A stretch of DNA of 64,000 nt. It comes from Candidatus Magasanikiibacteriota bacterium (lineage in GTDB: Bacteria; Patescibacteriota; Patescibacteriia; Magasanikbacterales; UBA922). The notes beneath the pieces were generated by a model. It was not told the origin of the DNA and searched no databases. It saw only the letters and a list, made by a program, of their open reading frames with translations. Location: assembly GCA_052033375.1 (NCBI GenBank), contig JBPOJQ010000010.1, forward strand, positions 5,941 through 69,940, in the 5' to 3' direction. A program made the translations under genes and the position numbers. Every line of letters starts with the position of its first letter. Position 1 is the stretch's first letter. Positions 10,553-19,600 of the stretch are shown here, piece by piece.

Positions 10553-10593
10553 CTGCTTCACAAATTTCCTCAATCTTGCTAGGATACTAGTCT

Positions 10594-11409
10594 ATGTCAT
10601 ATATTAAAACTAGAGAGGAACAATTGTGGATCACAGAGGGGGGTCATATTTTGGGAGAAATTCTTGAATATTTGGGTACCCTAGCAGTTTCTGGTGCGAC
10701 TGCATATGATATTGATTGTGAAGCTGAGGCACTCATTAAGAAGGCTGGTGGCAGACCTTCTTTTAAAGGTTATCGATCGAGAAGAAGTGATCCGCCATTT
10801 CCAACGACTATTTGTGCCTCATTGAATGAGGAGGTCGTTCACGGTATTGCAACAAACACCAAAGTACTCTCCACTGGGGATATTTTTACTATTGATATTG
10901 GAATGGAATACCCAATGAAGAGTGGTCTTGGGCGATTTGGAAATGGATTTTTTACTGATACCGCACTTACTGTCCTTATAGGACACACAACACCTGATGT
11001 CTCGTTACTTTTTGAACGCACCTATGAATCATTGAAGAAGGGGATTGCTGCAGCAGTGGTCGGAAATACAATTGCATCTATTGGAAAAGCGGTTGAAGAA
11101 TATATTACACCTTTTAAATATGGTATCGTGAGAGATTTGGTGGGGCATGGCGTAGGGTACCAGGTTCATGAGGAACCGCGCATTCCTAATTATTATGATG
11201 CGAGTTTGGAGAAGATTAAGCTCGAACCAGGGATGGTTTTGGCAATTGAACCTATGATCACATTGGGGAGTTATAAGGTGGAAACGGCTCCTGATGGGTG
11301 GGGTATTAGTACGGTCGATAAGTCTATGAGCGCTCATTTTGAGCACACGATAATTGTGACCGAAGGGAAGCCGATTATAGCTACTGCGCGGCCTAGTGAA
11401 AAATTTTAA
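10594..11409 (+). CDS. map: methionine aminopeptidase type I
   Basis: VVHGIA...GDIFTIDIG...VGHGVG...HEEP...LAIEPM...HFEHT metal-ligand pattern. Confidence 0.93.
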   Translation: MSYIKTREEQLWITEGGHILGEILEYLGTLAVSGATAYDIDCEAEALIKKAGGRPSFKGYRSRRSDPPFPTTICASLNEEVVHGIATNTKVLSTGDIFTIDIGMEYPMKSGLGRFGNGFFTDTALTVLIGHTTPDVSLLFERTYESLKKGIAAAVVGNTIASIGKAVEEYITPFKYGIVRDLVGHGVGYQVHEEPRIPNYYDASLEKIKLEPGMVLAIEPMITLGSYKVETAPDGWGISTVDKSMSAHFEHTIIVTEGKPIIATARPSEKF

Positions 11410-11467
11410 CGTGTATCGTTATCTAACTGTGTATTTTTCATGATACCTGGTTTATGATATGTACTGT

Positions 11468-11845
11468 ATGAATATTCTAGCAATCGATTTTGGTACAAAA
11501 AATCTTGGTCTTGCCTGGCTTGCGACTGGAGTGGATGTTGTATTGCCATATGGATGTGTGGATGCGACACAATGGAAAACTGAATTACCGAAATTAATTT
11601 CAGATGAAAAAATTGACATGGTACTCGTGGGAATTCCGTATGGTTCTGATGGTGAAGAAACCAAGAATTCGCAACGTGTCCGTTCGTTTATCGCAGAACT
11701 TGCACGCCGTATTTCAGTTCCTATTGAAACGATTGATGAGAGCTTTACCACTCGTGAAGCTCAGTCGATGGAGGGTGACGCGAGTCTTGATGAAAAAGCA
11801 GCGATGCTTATTTTGTCTGAATATATACAGTTGAAACAGAAATAA
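11468..11845 (+). CDS. ruvX: Holliday junction resolvase-like RuvX/YqgF
   Basis: MNILAIDFGTKNLGLA...VLVGIPYGSDGEE; ~125 aa. Confidence 0.85.
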   Translation: MNILAIDFGTKNLGLAWLATGVDVVLPYGCVDATQWKTELPKLISDEKIDMVLVGIPYGSDGEETKNSQRVRSFIAELARRISVPIETIDESFTTREAQSMEGDASLDEKAAMLILSEYIQLKQK

Positions 11846-11862
11846 ATATTTGATTTGTTAGT

Positions 11863-12594
11863 ATGCCTCAGGGTATCGTGCTTACTCGCATTCCCTTTCG
11901 TGAGTATGATGAAGTGATATCTCTGATTACGAGAGAGTACGGACGGGTTGATGTTATTGCAAAGGGTATCAAAAAAATTACCAGCAAACTGTCAGCACAT
12001 CTTGAGCCTTTTTCACTTGTATCATTTGATCTTGTCCAGGGAAAAGAACTTGTTATTTTAACGACGGCAAGCACCGTACATGTCTTTTCGGGTATACGTT
12101 CTGATTTTATCAAACGTCTGGAGGCAGAGTATGCTGCGCATGCGTTGTATACACTTACTCGACCAGGAAATTTGGAACACGGAATTTTTGATCTATTTTT
12201 TTCATGGCTTGTTGCATATGATGAGGCTCATGTAGTCTCAGATGGGCGTTTTTTGGATTGGTTTATGTTGCATCTTATGGGGGTAATCGGATTTGCACCT
12301 GCATATATCGCCTGTATTGGATGTGGTTCATCGCACCTATTGAGTTTTTGGTCTTTTTCGGGCGGGGGAGTGGTGTGTGGTGCTTGCACAACGAGGTATC
12401 CTGATGCCGGCTCATTGATTAGAATTTCTCCCGAGACTATACACGATTTGTCCCGTTTATCGGCAATTGACATTCAGTCCCTCTCTCAGAGCAGTGCATG
12501 TGTACCTGCGGTCCACCATCTGTTGGTTGGGCATATTCAGTATCAGGCTGATACAAAGATAGGTGATTGGGCATACACTTGCGTTGAAGTGTGA
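11863..12594 (+). CDS. recO: DNA repair protein RecO
   Basis: N-terminal OB-fold-like region; C-terminal CIGCGSS...CGAC zinc motif; 243 aa; ends with TGA. Confidence 0.8.
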   Translation: MPQGIVLTRIPFREYDEVISLITREYGRVDVIAKGIKKITSKLSAHLEPFSLVSFDLVQGKELVILTTASTVHVFSGIRSDFIKRLEAEYAAHALYTLTRPGNLEHGIFDLFFSWLVAYDEAHVVSDGRFLDWFMLHLMGVIGFAPAYIACIGCGSSHLLSFWSFSGGGVVCGACTTRYPDAGSLIRISPETIHDLSRLSAIDIQSLSQSSACVPAVHHLLVGHIQYQADTKIGDWAYTCVEV

Positions 12595-12692
12595 AATGCA
12601 GTAGGATAGCTTTAAACTCAAAATAATAACTTACATCTAAAAAATTAAGTATTAGATAGGGTTTTAAATTTTGAACTGTAATTTTTTTATAT

Positions 12693-14009
12693 TTGAGTTT
12701 TAAGTTTATAACTATGAGAATATTTATTTCTGATATTAAAACACACGTAGGGGAGACTGTGGAGATACGAGGGTGGGTGTATAATAGCCGATCTTCTGGC
12801 GCTATTTCATTTATTGAAGTACGCGATGGTACGGGATTTCTACAGTGTGTGGCAAGTGAAAAAGATGTCGATACGTTATCGTGGAAATCAATTTCTGGAG
12901 CTACCCAAGAATCTTCTCTTTCGTTGACTGGAGTGGTAAAAGAGCACCCCAAAAAACCAGGTGTATATGAGCTTGCGATTGAGAAAGCTGTACTTATTCA
13001 TACTGCAGTGGAATATCCTATCGCGCACAAGGAGCATGGTCCTGATTTTTTGCTTGAAAATAGACATTTGTGGATTAGGAGTAAAAGACAGTGGGCTATA
13101 CTCCGTATTAGAGATGTGGTCGAGACTGCTATTAATGAATATCTACATCAAGAAAAATTTATACGTACTGATTCTCCGATATTTACCCCCAATGCGTGCG
13201 AAGGAACGACCACGCTTTTTCCGGTCCCTTATTTTGATTTGGGAGAAGCGTATTTGTCGCAGTCCGGGCAGCTCTATATTGAGGCTGCAATTGCGAGTGT
13301 GGGACGCTGTTATGATTTTGGCCCCGTGTTTCGAGCAGAAAAGTCTGTTACGAAGCGACATCTCACCGAATTCTGGATGATGGATGCTGAAGCGGCTTTT
13401 GTGGAACATGATGAGAATATGCAGATCCAGGAAGGGTTGGTGAAATTTATTGCTCGCGCGTGTTTGGAAAAATGCAGTGAGGAGTTCGCTATTCTTGAGA
13501 GAGATCCAGAACCAATCCGAAAAATGATAGAACTTCCATTTGTAAAATTGACATATGAGGAATCTATCCCTTGGCTACAAGAACGAGGGAGTGATATCAA
13601 ACATGGTGAAGATTTGGGTAATGATGATGAGGCGCTTCTTACGAAAGATAGTCCCGTGCCTGTATTTATTCACAAATGGCCAAAGAGTATTAAACCGTTT
13701 TACATGAAGCTTGACCCGACTGATCCTACTCGTGTATTGAATAATGATTTGATTGGAATTGAAGGGTCTGGTGAAATAATTGGAGGTTCACAGCGTGAAG
13801 ACAATTTTGATTTACTGCTTGAACGAATTCGCGAAGAAAAATTACCGGAGAGTGAATATAGCTGGTACACTGATCTTCGAAAATACGGTAGCGTTCCTCA
13901 TGCTGGATTTGGAATTGGAGTTGAGCGTATGGTTCGCTGGATGAGTGGGGTTGAGCATATACGTGAATGTATTCCATTTCCTCGATTGGTAAATCGAGTT
14001 CGTCCGTAG
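12693..14009 (+). CDS. asnS: asparaginyl-tRNA synthetase (class IIb); alternative start 12714
   Basis: OB anticodon-binding fold; FRAEKSVTKRHLTEFWMMDAE (motif 2); GGSQRE; GFGIGVERMV (motif 3); ~435 aa fits AsnRS. Confidence 0.85.
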   Translation: MSFKFITMRIFISDIKTHVGETVEIRGWVYNSRSSGAISFIEVRDGTGFLQCVASEKDVDTLSWKSISGATQESSLSLTGVVKEHPKKPGVYELAIEKAVLIHTAVEYPIAHKEHGPDFLLENRHLWIRSKRQWAILRIRDVVETAINEYLHQEKFIRTDSPIFTPNACEGTTTLFPVPYFDLGEAYLSQSGQLYIEAAIASVGRCYDFGPVFRAEKSVTKRHLTEFWMMDAEAAFVEHDENMQIQEGLVKFIARACLEKCSEEFAILERDPEPIRKMIELPFVKLTYEESIPWLQERGSDIKHGEDLGNDDEALLTKDSPVPVFIHKWPKSIKPFYMKLDPTDPTRVLNNDLIGIEGSGEIIGGSQREDNFDLLLERIREEKLPESEYSWYTDLRKYGSVPHAGFGIGVERMVRWMSGVEHIRECIPFPRLVNRVRP

Positions 14010-14014
14010 TATAT

Positions 14015-15259
14015 ATGAAAAAGCTTATTTTCTTACTTTTTCTAATGGTCGCAGGTATTGTTGTTGTAGGGTGGAAAGTGTGGGAAAAATATGATACGAG
14101 CGTGCAACGAATAGAGAGTAAAGATATTCAAGAAAGACGTGTTTCCGCTGAGACACTACTTATCGAAGAAAAGGGTGGAGTGTTCTATTATTATTTATAC
14201 TCTCCAAGTATATCGAGCGAAAAAAAATTGCTTTTTGATCCTCTGAAAGATGGACTCTACAGAGTCGTATATATTACTCCTGAAAAAGATATTATTGCCC
14301 AGACGTACACGAGTGAATTTAGACAAACTATCAATAATGTAGAGTACTATTCCTACACGTATGGCGACTACGTGCGTATTGTTCCGACAGAAGATGGTGC
14401 ACGTGTAGAGCCATATGTTAAAGCCATTGCAACACATAGTGATTCATTTGGATTGTATGGGAGCATACTTCAATCAGAAAATGGAGATATTTTTGTTAAG
14501 TATAATCATCTTGCGCTTTTACCAGGGCAATTACTTAGTGTATTTAGAATAAAAGATGATGGTTCACATGAGCAGATCGCCTCTCAAAAAGCACCTGATT
14601 TCAATAGATTTTTTTATTTGTCTGATGTGGTGGATAATCATTTATATCTGTATCAAACAGGTGGAGATGAATTTTGTACCTACACTGCATTGTTTCAAGT
14701 AGCTGATATCACGAAGCAAAATCAGGATATTACAGAAATTACTTCACATAAATTATGTCGCGATACACTTCCTCAGGAAATGGTGTCCAGCATACTTGTG
14801 GTTGATCCTTATCGACATGGTTATTATGAAATCCGACATACTCCATTAACTAATGGTTCATTTGAAGAAACGCTCATGTTTAGTTCATACGATGGAGCGC
14901 AAAAGAAAGATATATTATCTGTACGTGGACAGTATGGTATACACACGACCAACACCCCGTATACATTGTTCGAAGATGTTAAGATCCATAAGGATCATGT
15001 TGTTTTTAGAAAAAAGAGAGATGCACATGCGACTACATTTTATGTGTACTATCCTGAAACAGGAGTAGTTTCTCCTATTAGGGATAAAACATTTGACTCG
15101 TGGTTACGAATCAGTGCTGTTTTGGCTCATGGAATTGTATATACTGCATATAATACGGAAACTAAGTTAGTCGAAGATTTTTTTCTTTCTCTTGACGGAG
15201 TTCGTCATGTGTTACTCAGTGCAGATGCACGTCCTCGCGATTTGTGGGATGTACAGTAA
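14015..15259 (+). CDS. hypothetical membrane-anchored protein (N-terminal TM, large extracytoplasmic domain)
   Basis: MKKLIFLLFLMVAGIVVVGW TM then 400 aa without recognisable motifs. Confidence 0.5.
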   Translation: MKKLIFLLFLMVAGIVVVGWKVWEKYDTSVQRIESKDIQERRVSAETLLIEEKGGVFYYYLYSPSISSEKKLLFDPLKDGLYRVVYITPEKDIIAQTYTSEFRQTINNVEYYSYTYGDYVRIVPTEDGARVEPYVKAIATHSDSFGLYGSILQSENGDIFVKYNHLALLPGQLLSVFRIKDDGSHEQIASQKAPDFNRFFYLSDVVDNHLYLYQTGGDEFCTYTALFQVADITKQNQDITEITSHKLCRDTLPQEMVSSILVVDPYRHGYYEIRHTPLTNGSFEETLMFSSYDGAQKKDILSVRGQYGIHTTNTPYTLFEDVKIHKDHVVFRKKRDAHATTFYVYYPETGVVSPIRDKTFDSWLRISAVLAHGIVYTAYNTETKLVEDFFLSLDGVRHVLLSADARPRDLWDVQ

Positions 15260-15295
15260 TATCTATATCTAGATTTGGAGGTAATTTTTGGTTGT

Positions 15296-16342
15296 ATGGC
15301 AAAGAAAAAAAAGAAGGGCGGAAAAAATGTATTTAGGAAAGAACTGCCTGAAAAATTTATTGAGCGAGCTTCGCTTATTTTTGGTGCTTCACGTTTTCGT
15401 GAAATAGAGAAAACATTTGTGGGTAGGCCTACGACATTTCGAATTAATACGCTTAAGTCGACGTCGGAAGAAGTATTACCGATTTTATCTCAACATGGTT
15501 TTAAAGTGCAAAAAATAGGATGGTATCCTGGTGCTTTTGTGTTATTGAACAAGTCAAAACGAGAACTCACTGATTTACCATTGTATTCTGACGGAAAATT
15601 ATATATCCAGAGCCTTGCCAGCATGGTTCCGCCGGTAGTGCTTGATCCAAAGCCAGGGGAGAGGGTCCTCGATCTTACTGCGGCTCCTGGGAGCAAAACA
15701 AGCCAGATTACAGCCATGATGGGTAAAAAAGGTGAATTAGTGGCTAATGACAAGAATACCGTGCGTTTTTTCAAGCTGAAGCACAATATGGAGCTTTTAG
15801 GGGTCGCTGACGACCCCTCCCCGACACCTCCCCTTACAGGGGAGGGAAATGCGATTGGCTCTAAGGAAGGGTGGAGATTTGTGTTGCGGATGGAGCATGG
15901 AGCACAGCTTTCGAGAGAGTATGAGAATTATTTTGATAAAATTTTGTTGGATGCACCGTGCAGTGCTGAAGCCCGGTTCGATACGACTGATCCCAAGAGT
16001 TTTGGGTATTGGAGTGAGCGGAAAATCAAAGAAATGGCGTATACGCAGCGAATTTTGCTTCGAGCTGCGTGGCATATGCTGAAACCTGGCGGTGTATTGG
16101 TGTACTCCACCTGCACATTTGCTCCTGAAGAAAATGAGGTTCAATTGCAAAAATTTATTGAGCGTAGTCCTGATGCAGAGCTTATGCCTATTGTATTATC
16201 TGAGCTCCAGGCAGCACCGATTGCGAATTCTTTCAAGAACATATCTATTAGTGAATCAATCAGAAAAAATGCATTTAGAATTTTACCAAACAGTCATATT
16301 GAAGGATTTTTTGTTGCTAAGATGAGGAAAAGAATTATATAA
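15296..16342 (+). CDS. RsmB/RsmF-family rRNA (cytosine-C5) methyltransferase
   Basis: SAM-binding VLDLTAAPGSKT; catalytic DAPCS and YSTCTF (PC and TC cysteines of NOL1/NOP2/Sun family). Confidence 0.8.
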   Translation: MAKKKKKGGKNVFRKELPEKFIERASLIFGASRFREIEKTFVGRPTTFRINTLKSTSEEVLPILSQHGFKVQKIGWYPGAFVLLNKSKRELTDLPLYSDGKLYIQSLASMVPPVVLDPKPGERVLDLTAAPGSKTSQITAMMGKKGELVANDKNTVRFFKLKHNMELLGVADDPSPTPPLTGEGNAIGSKEGWRFVLRMEHGAQLSREYENYFDKILLDAPCSAEARFDTTDPKSFGYWSERKIKEMAYTQRILLRAAWHMLKPGGVLVYSTCTFAPEENEVQLQKFIERSPDAELMPIVLSELQAAPIANSFKNISISESIRKNAFRILPNSHIEGFFVAKMRKRII

Positions 16343-16348
16343 AATGTC

Positions 16349-16368
16349 ATCCCCGCGAAAGCGGGGAT
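16349..16368. repeat. 20-bp GC hairpin ATCCCCGCGAAAGCGGGGAT, left copy flanking GIY-YIG gene
   Basis: Perfect palindromic stem CCCCGC/GCGGGG with GAAA loop. Confidence 0.7.
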
Positions 16369-16387
16369 CTTGTGTAATAGGAGGGTT

Positions 16388-16618
16388 ATGGAATATTTTT
16401 ATGTTTATATCTTAGCAAGTTCTAAAAATGGTGTTTTGTATATTGGAGTTACGAACAATCTAACATGTAGGGTCCAGAAACATAAAGCAGGAATTATTGA
16501 GGGGTTTACGAAAAAGTATTTTGTACATAAATTAGTATATTTTGAGACTTTTACTTCTATTAAAGAGGCTATTACGAGAGAGAAACAAAATCCTGAATGG
16601 AAGGATTTGTGTGACTAG
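16388..16618 (+). CDS. small GIY-YIG nuclease-family protein (YhbQ/COG2827-like)
   Basis: MEYFYVYILASSKNGVLYIGVTNNLTCRVQKHK = GIY...YIG motif; ~77 aa. Confidence 0.8.
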   Translation: MEYFYVYILASSKNGVLYIGVTNNLTCRVQKHKAGIIEGFTKKYFVHKLVYFETFTSIKEAITREKQNPEWKDLCD

Positions 16619-16627
16619 ATTCTAAAG

Positions 16628-16647
16628 ATTCCCGCTTTCGCGGGAAT
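16628..16647. repeat. 20-bp GC hairpin ATTCCCGCTTTCGCGGGAAT, right copy (inverted) flanking GIY-YIG gene
   Basis: Reverse complement ATTCCCGCGAAAGCGGGAAT differs from left copy only by a compensatory C>T / G>A pair. Confidence 0.7.
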
Positions 16648-19600
16648 GACGTATGACTTTTTTAGTCAGGTTTTTGTCTACAAGATAAGAGGGAAGAAGG
16701 TACACACACGTTTTTGTAGCGTGTTATTTTATTTTATGGTATACTTGGTCATGTGTATTTCTAATATTTACTACATGAGGCGCTTTTTTGCACTGGTACA
16801 TACTGGTGTCTCCCAAGCGTACATAAAATTGTTTCCGAACACACTCAAAAAACGGACATGGTGGCCGATTTTTGTCGTTGGTGTGATATTGATTTCAGCC
16901 ATGGCGGTTGGAATTACTCATGCACAATTTGGTCTTGAGAGTTTGTTGAATGGTTTGGTCGAGCTGATTGCGACTATTCTGATTGAATTAGCAAAATTGT
17001 GCATATTTTTGACTATTTTTTTCTTACGTGCCTTCATTACTCTTGCCAGCTACAATAATTTTATTGATGTGAGTGTAGTGAAGCTCGGGTGGGTCATGGT
17101 TCGTGATGTTGCAAATCTATTCTTTATTGTCGGTCTTCTTGTTATTGCATTTGCCACCATTCTTGGTTTTGAGAGCTACGAATGGAAACACGGGTTGGTA
17201 AAAATTGTTCTCATGGCAATTCTTATTAATTTTAGTAATTTGATTGCGCAGCTGGTAATTGATGTTGCGCATATTTTTACGATTACTTTTTTGAATGCAG
17301 TGTCTGCGACTGCTGGTGGAAATTTGATTACGTTGTTTCAGATGGATAAGATACTCGCACTAGCCGCTGGAGCGCCTAATACGCTAGGAGAAACACGAGA
17401 AGTTGCCAGCCTCACTCTATTTGCTGGAGGCGCGCTTGCGTTTATTTTTGCGCTTCTTGCCGCACTCACGGTTGGTGCGTATTTGGTGGTCATGATTTTC
17501 CGTATTGTTATGCTCTGGGCATTGATTGTTCTCTCACCATTTGCATTCATGCTATATGCAGTTCCTAAGGGTGAAGATTATGCGCATGAATGGTGGAGCG
17601 AGTTTAGTAAGCATGTGATAGTGGCTCCCATTATGGTGTTTTTCCTATGGCTGGCGTTTGCGACACTGGGTACTGGTCAGATTATTACTGAAATTCAAGA
17701 TGATCCGAATGTTATTCAGCTTGATTCAACAGGGGAGGAAAAACAGAGCGTCACAGTGCTCGAAATTTCTACGTGGGAGAATTTTGCCAGTTTCCTTCTG
17801 GGAATTGGATTTTTGTGGGTGGGTATCAAAAAGACCGAAGAGACAGGTGCGACTGGGGCTGGGCTTGTGGGAGGTGCGATTGATTTTACCAAGAATGTGG
17901 CAACGATTGCGACTGGATATGCTGCAGGTAGGTGGTTGGTAGGGGCTGCAGGAGAAAAAATCAAATCTGACTTTCCTATTATTGGTGCCAAGTCAATTGA
18001 ACGCAAAGCTGCAGTTGTTAAAGGCGCAATTGGTAAGTACAAATCGAAAGTCGATATGGCAAGAGATGCCAAAGTTCAAGACTGGGAAAAAGGTCTCAAA
18101 GGTGCGTGGGATAAGAGAGATTTAGCGGGTATTTTCAAATTTGGAGCGAAACGTTTCCTTTTGGGGAGTGTTATAGCGTCTAGTAAGAAGAAAGATGCTG
18201 TTGCTGAGACGTGGGAAGAAATGGCTCATCTGGCGGATGAAGAGCACGAAGCACGTATATCGAATAGCGGTACATTTGGTGGTGCGGGTAAGGATGAACA
18301 ACGTATACGGACTGAGCTTGCTGTAGAACTCAAAGAGGCGAAGGGAAAACAGAAAGGTGCCGAAGGTTTGTTGAAGTTGAAGGAAAGTGATGAGCAGGTT
18401 AACAAAGATTTGGATATGATAGCTGAGACAGAAATTTTGGGTCATAAAGCAGAAGAGAGGTTACATACCGAAGAGGAGGAGCATCATTTGCATACAGAAG
18501 ACGAATTGCGTACGAAAGGGGAGTCTGCGTTGGTGAAAGACACAAAAAAATACTTTGACTCAGAAGATGCTAAAAGAAAGAAGGGTGGAAAGCCACCTTT
18601 GACCGAAGAGGAACGGGATGCATATATTCGAGAGAAGTTTAAGGATCTCAAAGGCCCTGCAAAATATGCTGCTCTTTCTAGGGGGTTAAAAGAAATGCAA
18701 GCTCGAAATGAGAAGTATAAGGACGCACTTGAGGATGAAGAGAAAATGAAGAAAGAACAGGCGCGATTAAAGCAGAGTAAGATAAACCCAGACTATAAAG
18801 CATATGATGAACGAGCTACAAAAGCTACGCTTCAGTATGAAAGCGCAAAAGGGGTATATGAAGCTCAGGCAAAAAAAGGTAGTGTTGAGATGTTTCAATC
18901 GTTGATTAAGGATCGTGAATTTCAGGCTGAACAACAGGAACAGGCACGTTTGAGTGGTGAGGTTAAGGCGCTTGAGGATAAAAAAGCTGCCGAAAAAGAA
19001 CTCTTAGCCTTAGAAGAAATAAGAAAAATATTAGCAGCAGGAGGTTTTGCTGAATCTATTGCAGCTCAAGTAGCTCTTGAAGCCAGTAAGGGACTTACTG
19101 ATGCACGAAAAGAATTTGTAACAGGTGAAGAAAGGAAACAATTCGGTGGTCCTGCTGTTAGAGGATTTGATCAGATGTTAGCAGCACAGGCTGTTCTTGA
19201 AAATCAAAAAGAAGAAGCTGAACGTAGTAAAATACATAAACTTGCAGAAGAACGTGCGGTGTTTTATGCAGGACAAGGAGATAATGCTCGTGCTGATGCA
19301 ATTCGACAACAAGCGGCTGCTCAGATTTTAAAGAAAGATAGTGAATTGTTTGCAAATTTATCATATAATCAGCGACGTGGAAGGATGGAAGTAGATGTTG
19401 CTAAACTTGATCAATTACGAGATGTTGTAAGTGCTGCGGCACCAGGTTCTCAGGCACAACAAGTTGCTGCAGAAAGATTAGCTCGAGCTGAAGAACGTCA
19501 GCGTGCCCTTGTCTTAAGTAATATTGCTGATGGATCTCAGACTGCTGAAGCAACTCGTGCACAGGCTGCTCGAGCTCTTGGTTTTGACAAAATAGATAGT

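Larger units (their letters stand above)
16349..16647 (+). mobile_element. candidate mini-cassette: GIY-YIG ORF bracketed by inverted 20-bp hairpin repeats
   Basis: Terminal hairpin repeats 10-20 nt from ORF ends. Confidence 0.3.

Noticed and set aside
12437-13409. ORFs 12437-12952(-), 12961-13380(+), 13143-13409(-) overlapping recO/asnS
   Set aside because: Alternative-frame or antisense overlaps of genes with strong conserved motifs.
17338-18445. Several minus/plus small ORFs inside the VirB6-like gene
   Set aside because: Embedded in a continuous 3.8-kb ORF with coherent TM/coiled-coil composition; Ala/Ser-rich translations typical of antisense to K/E-rich coding DNA.
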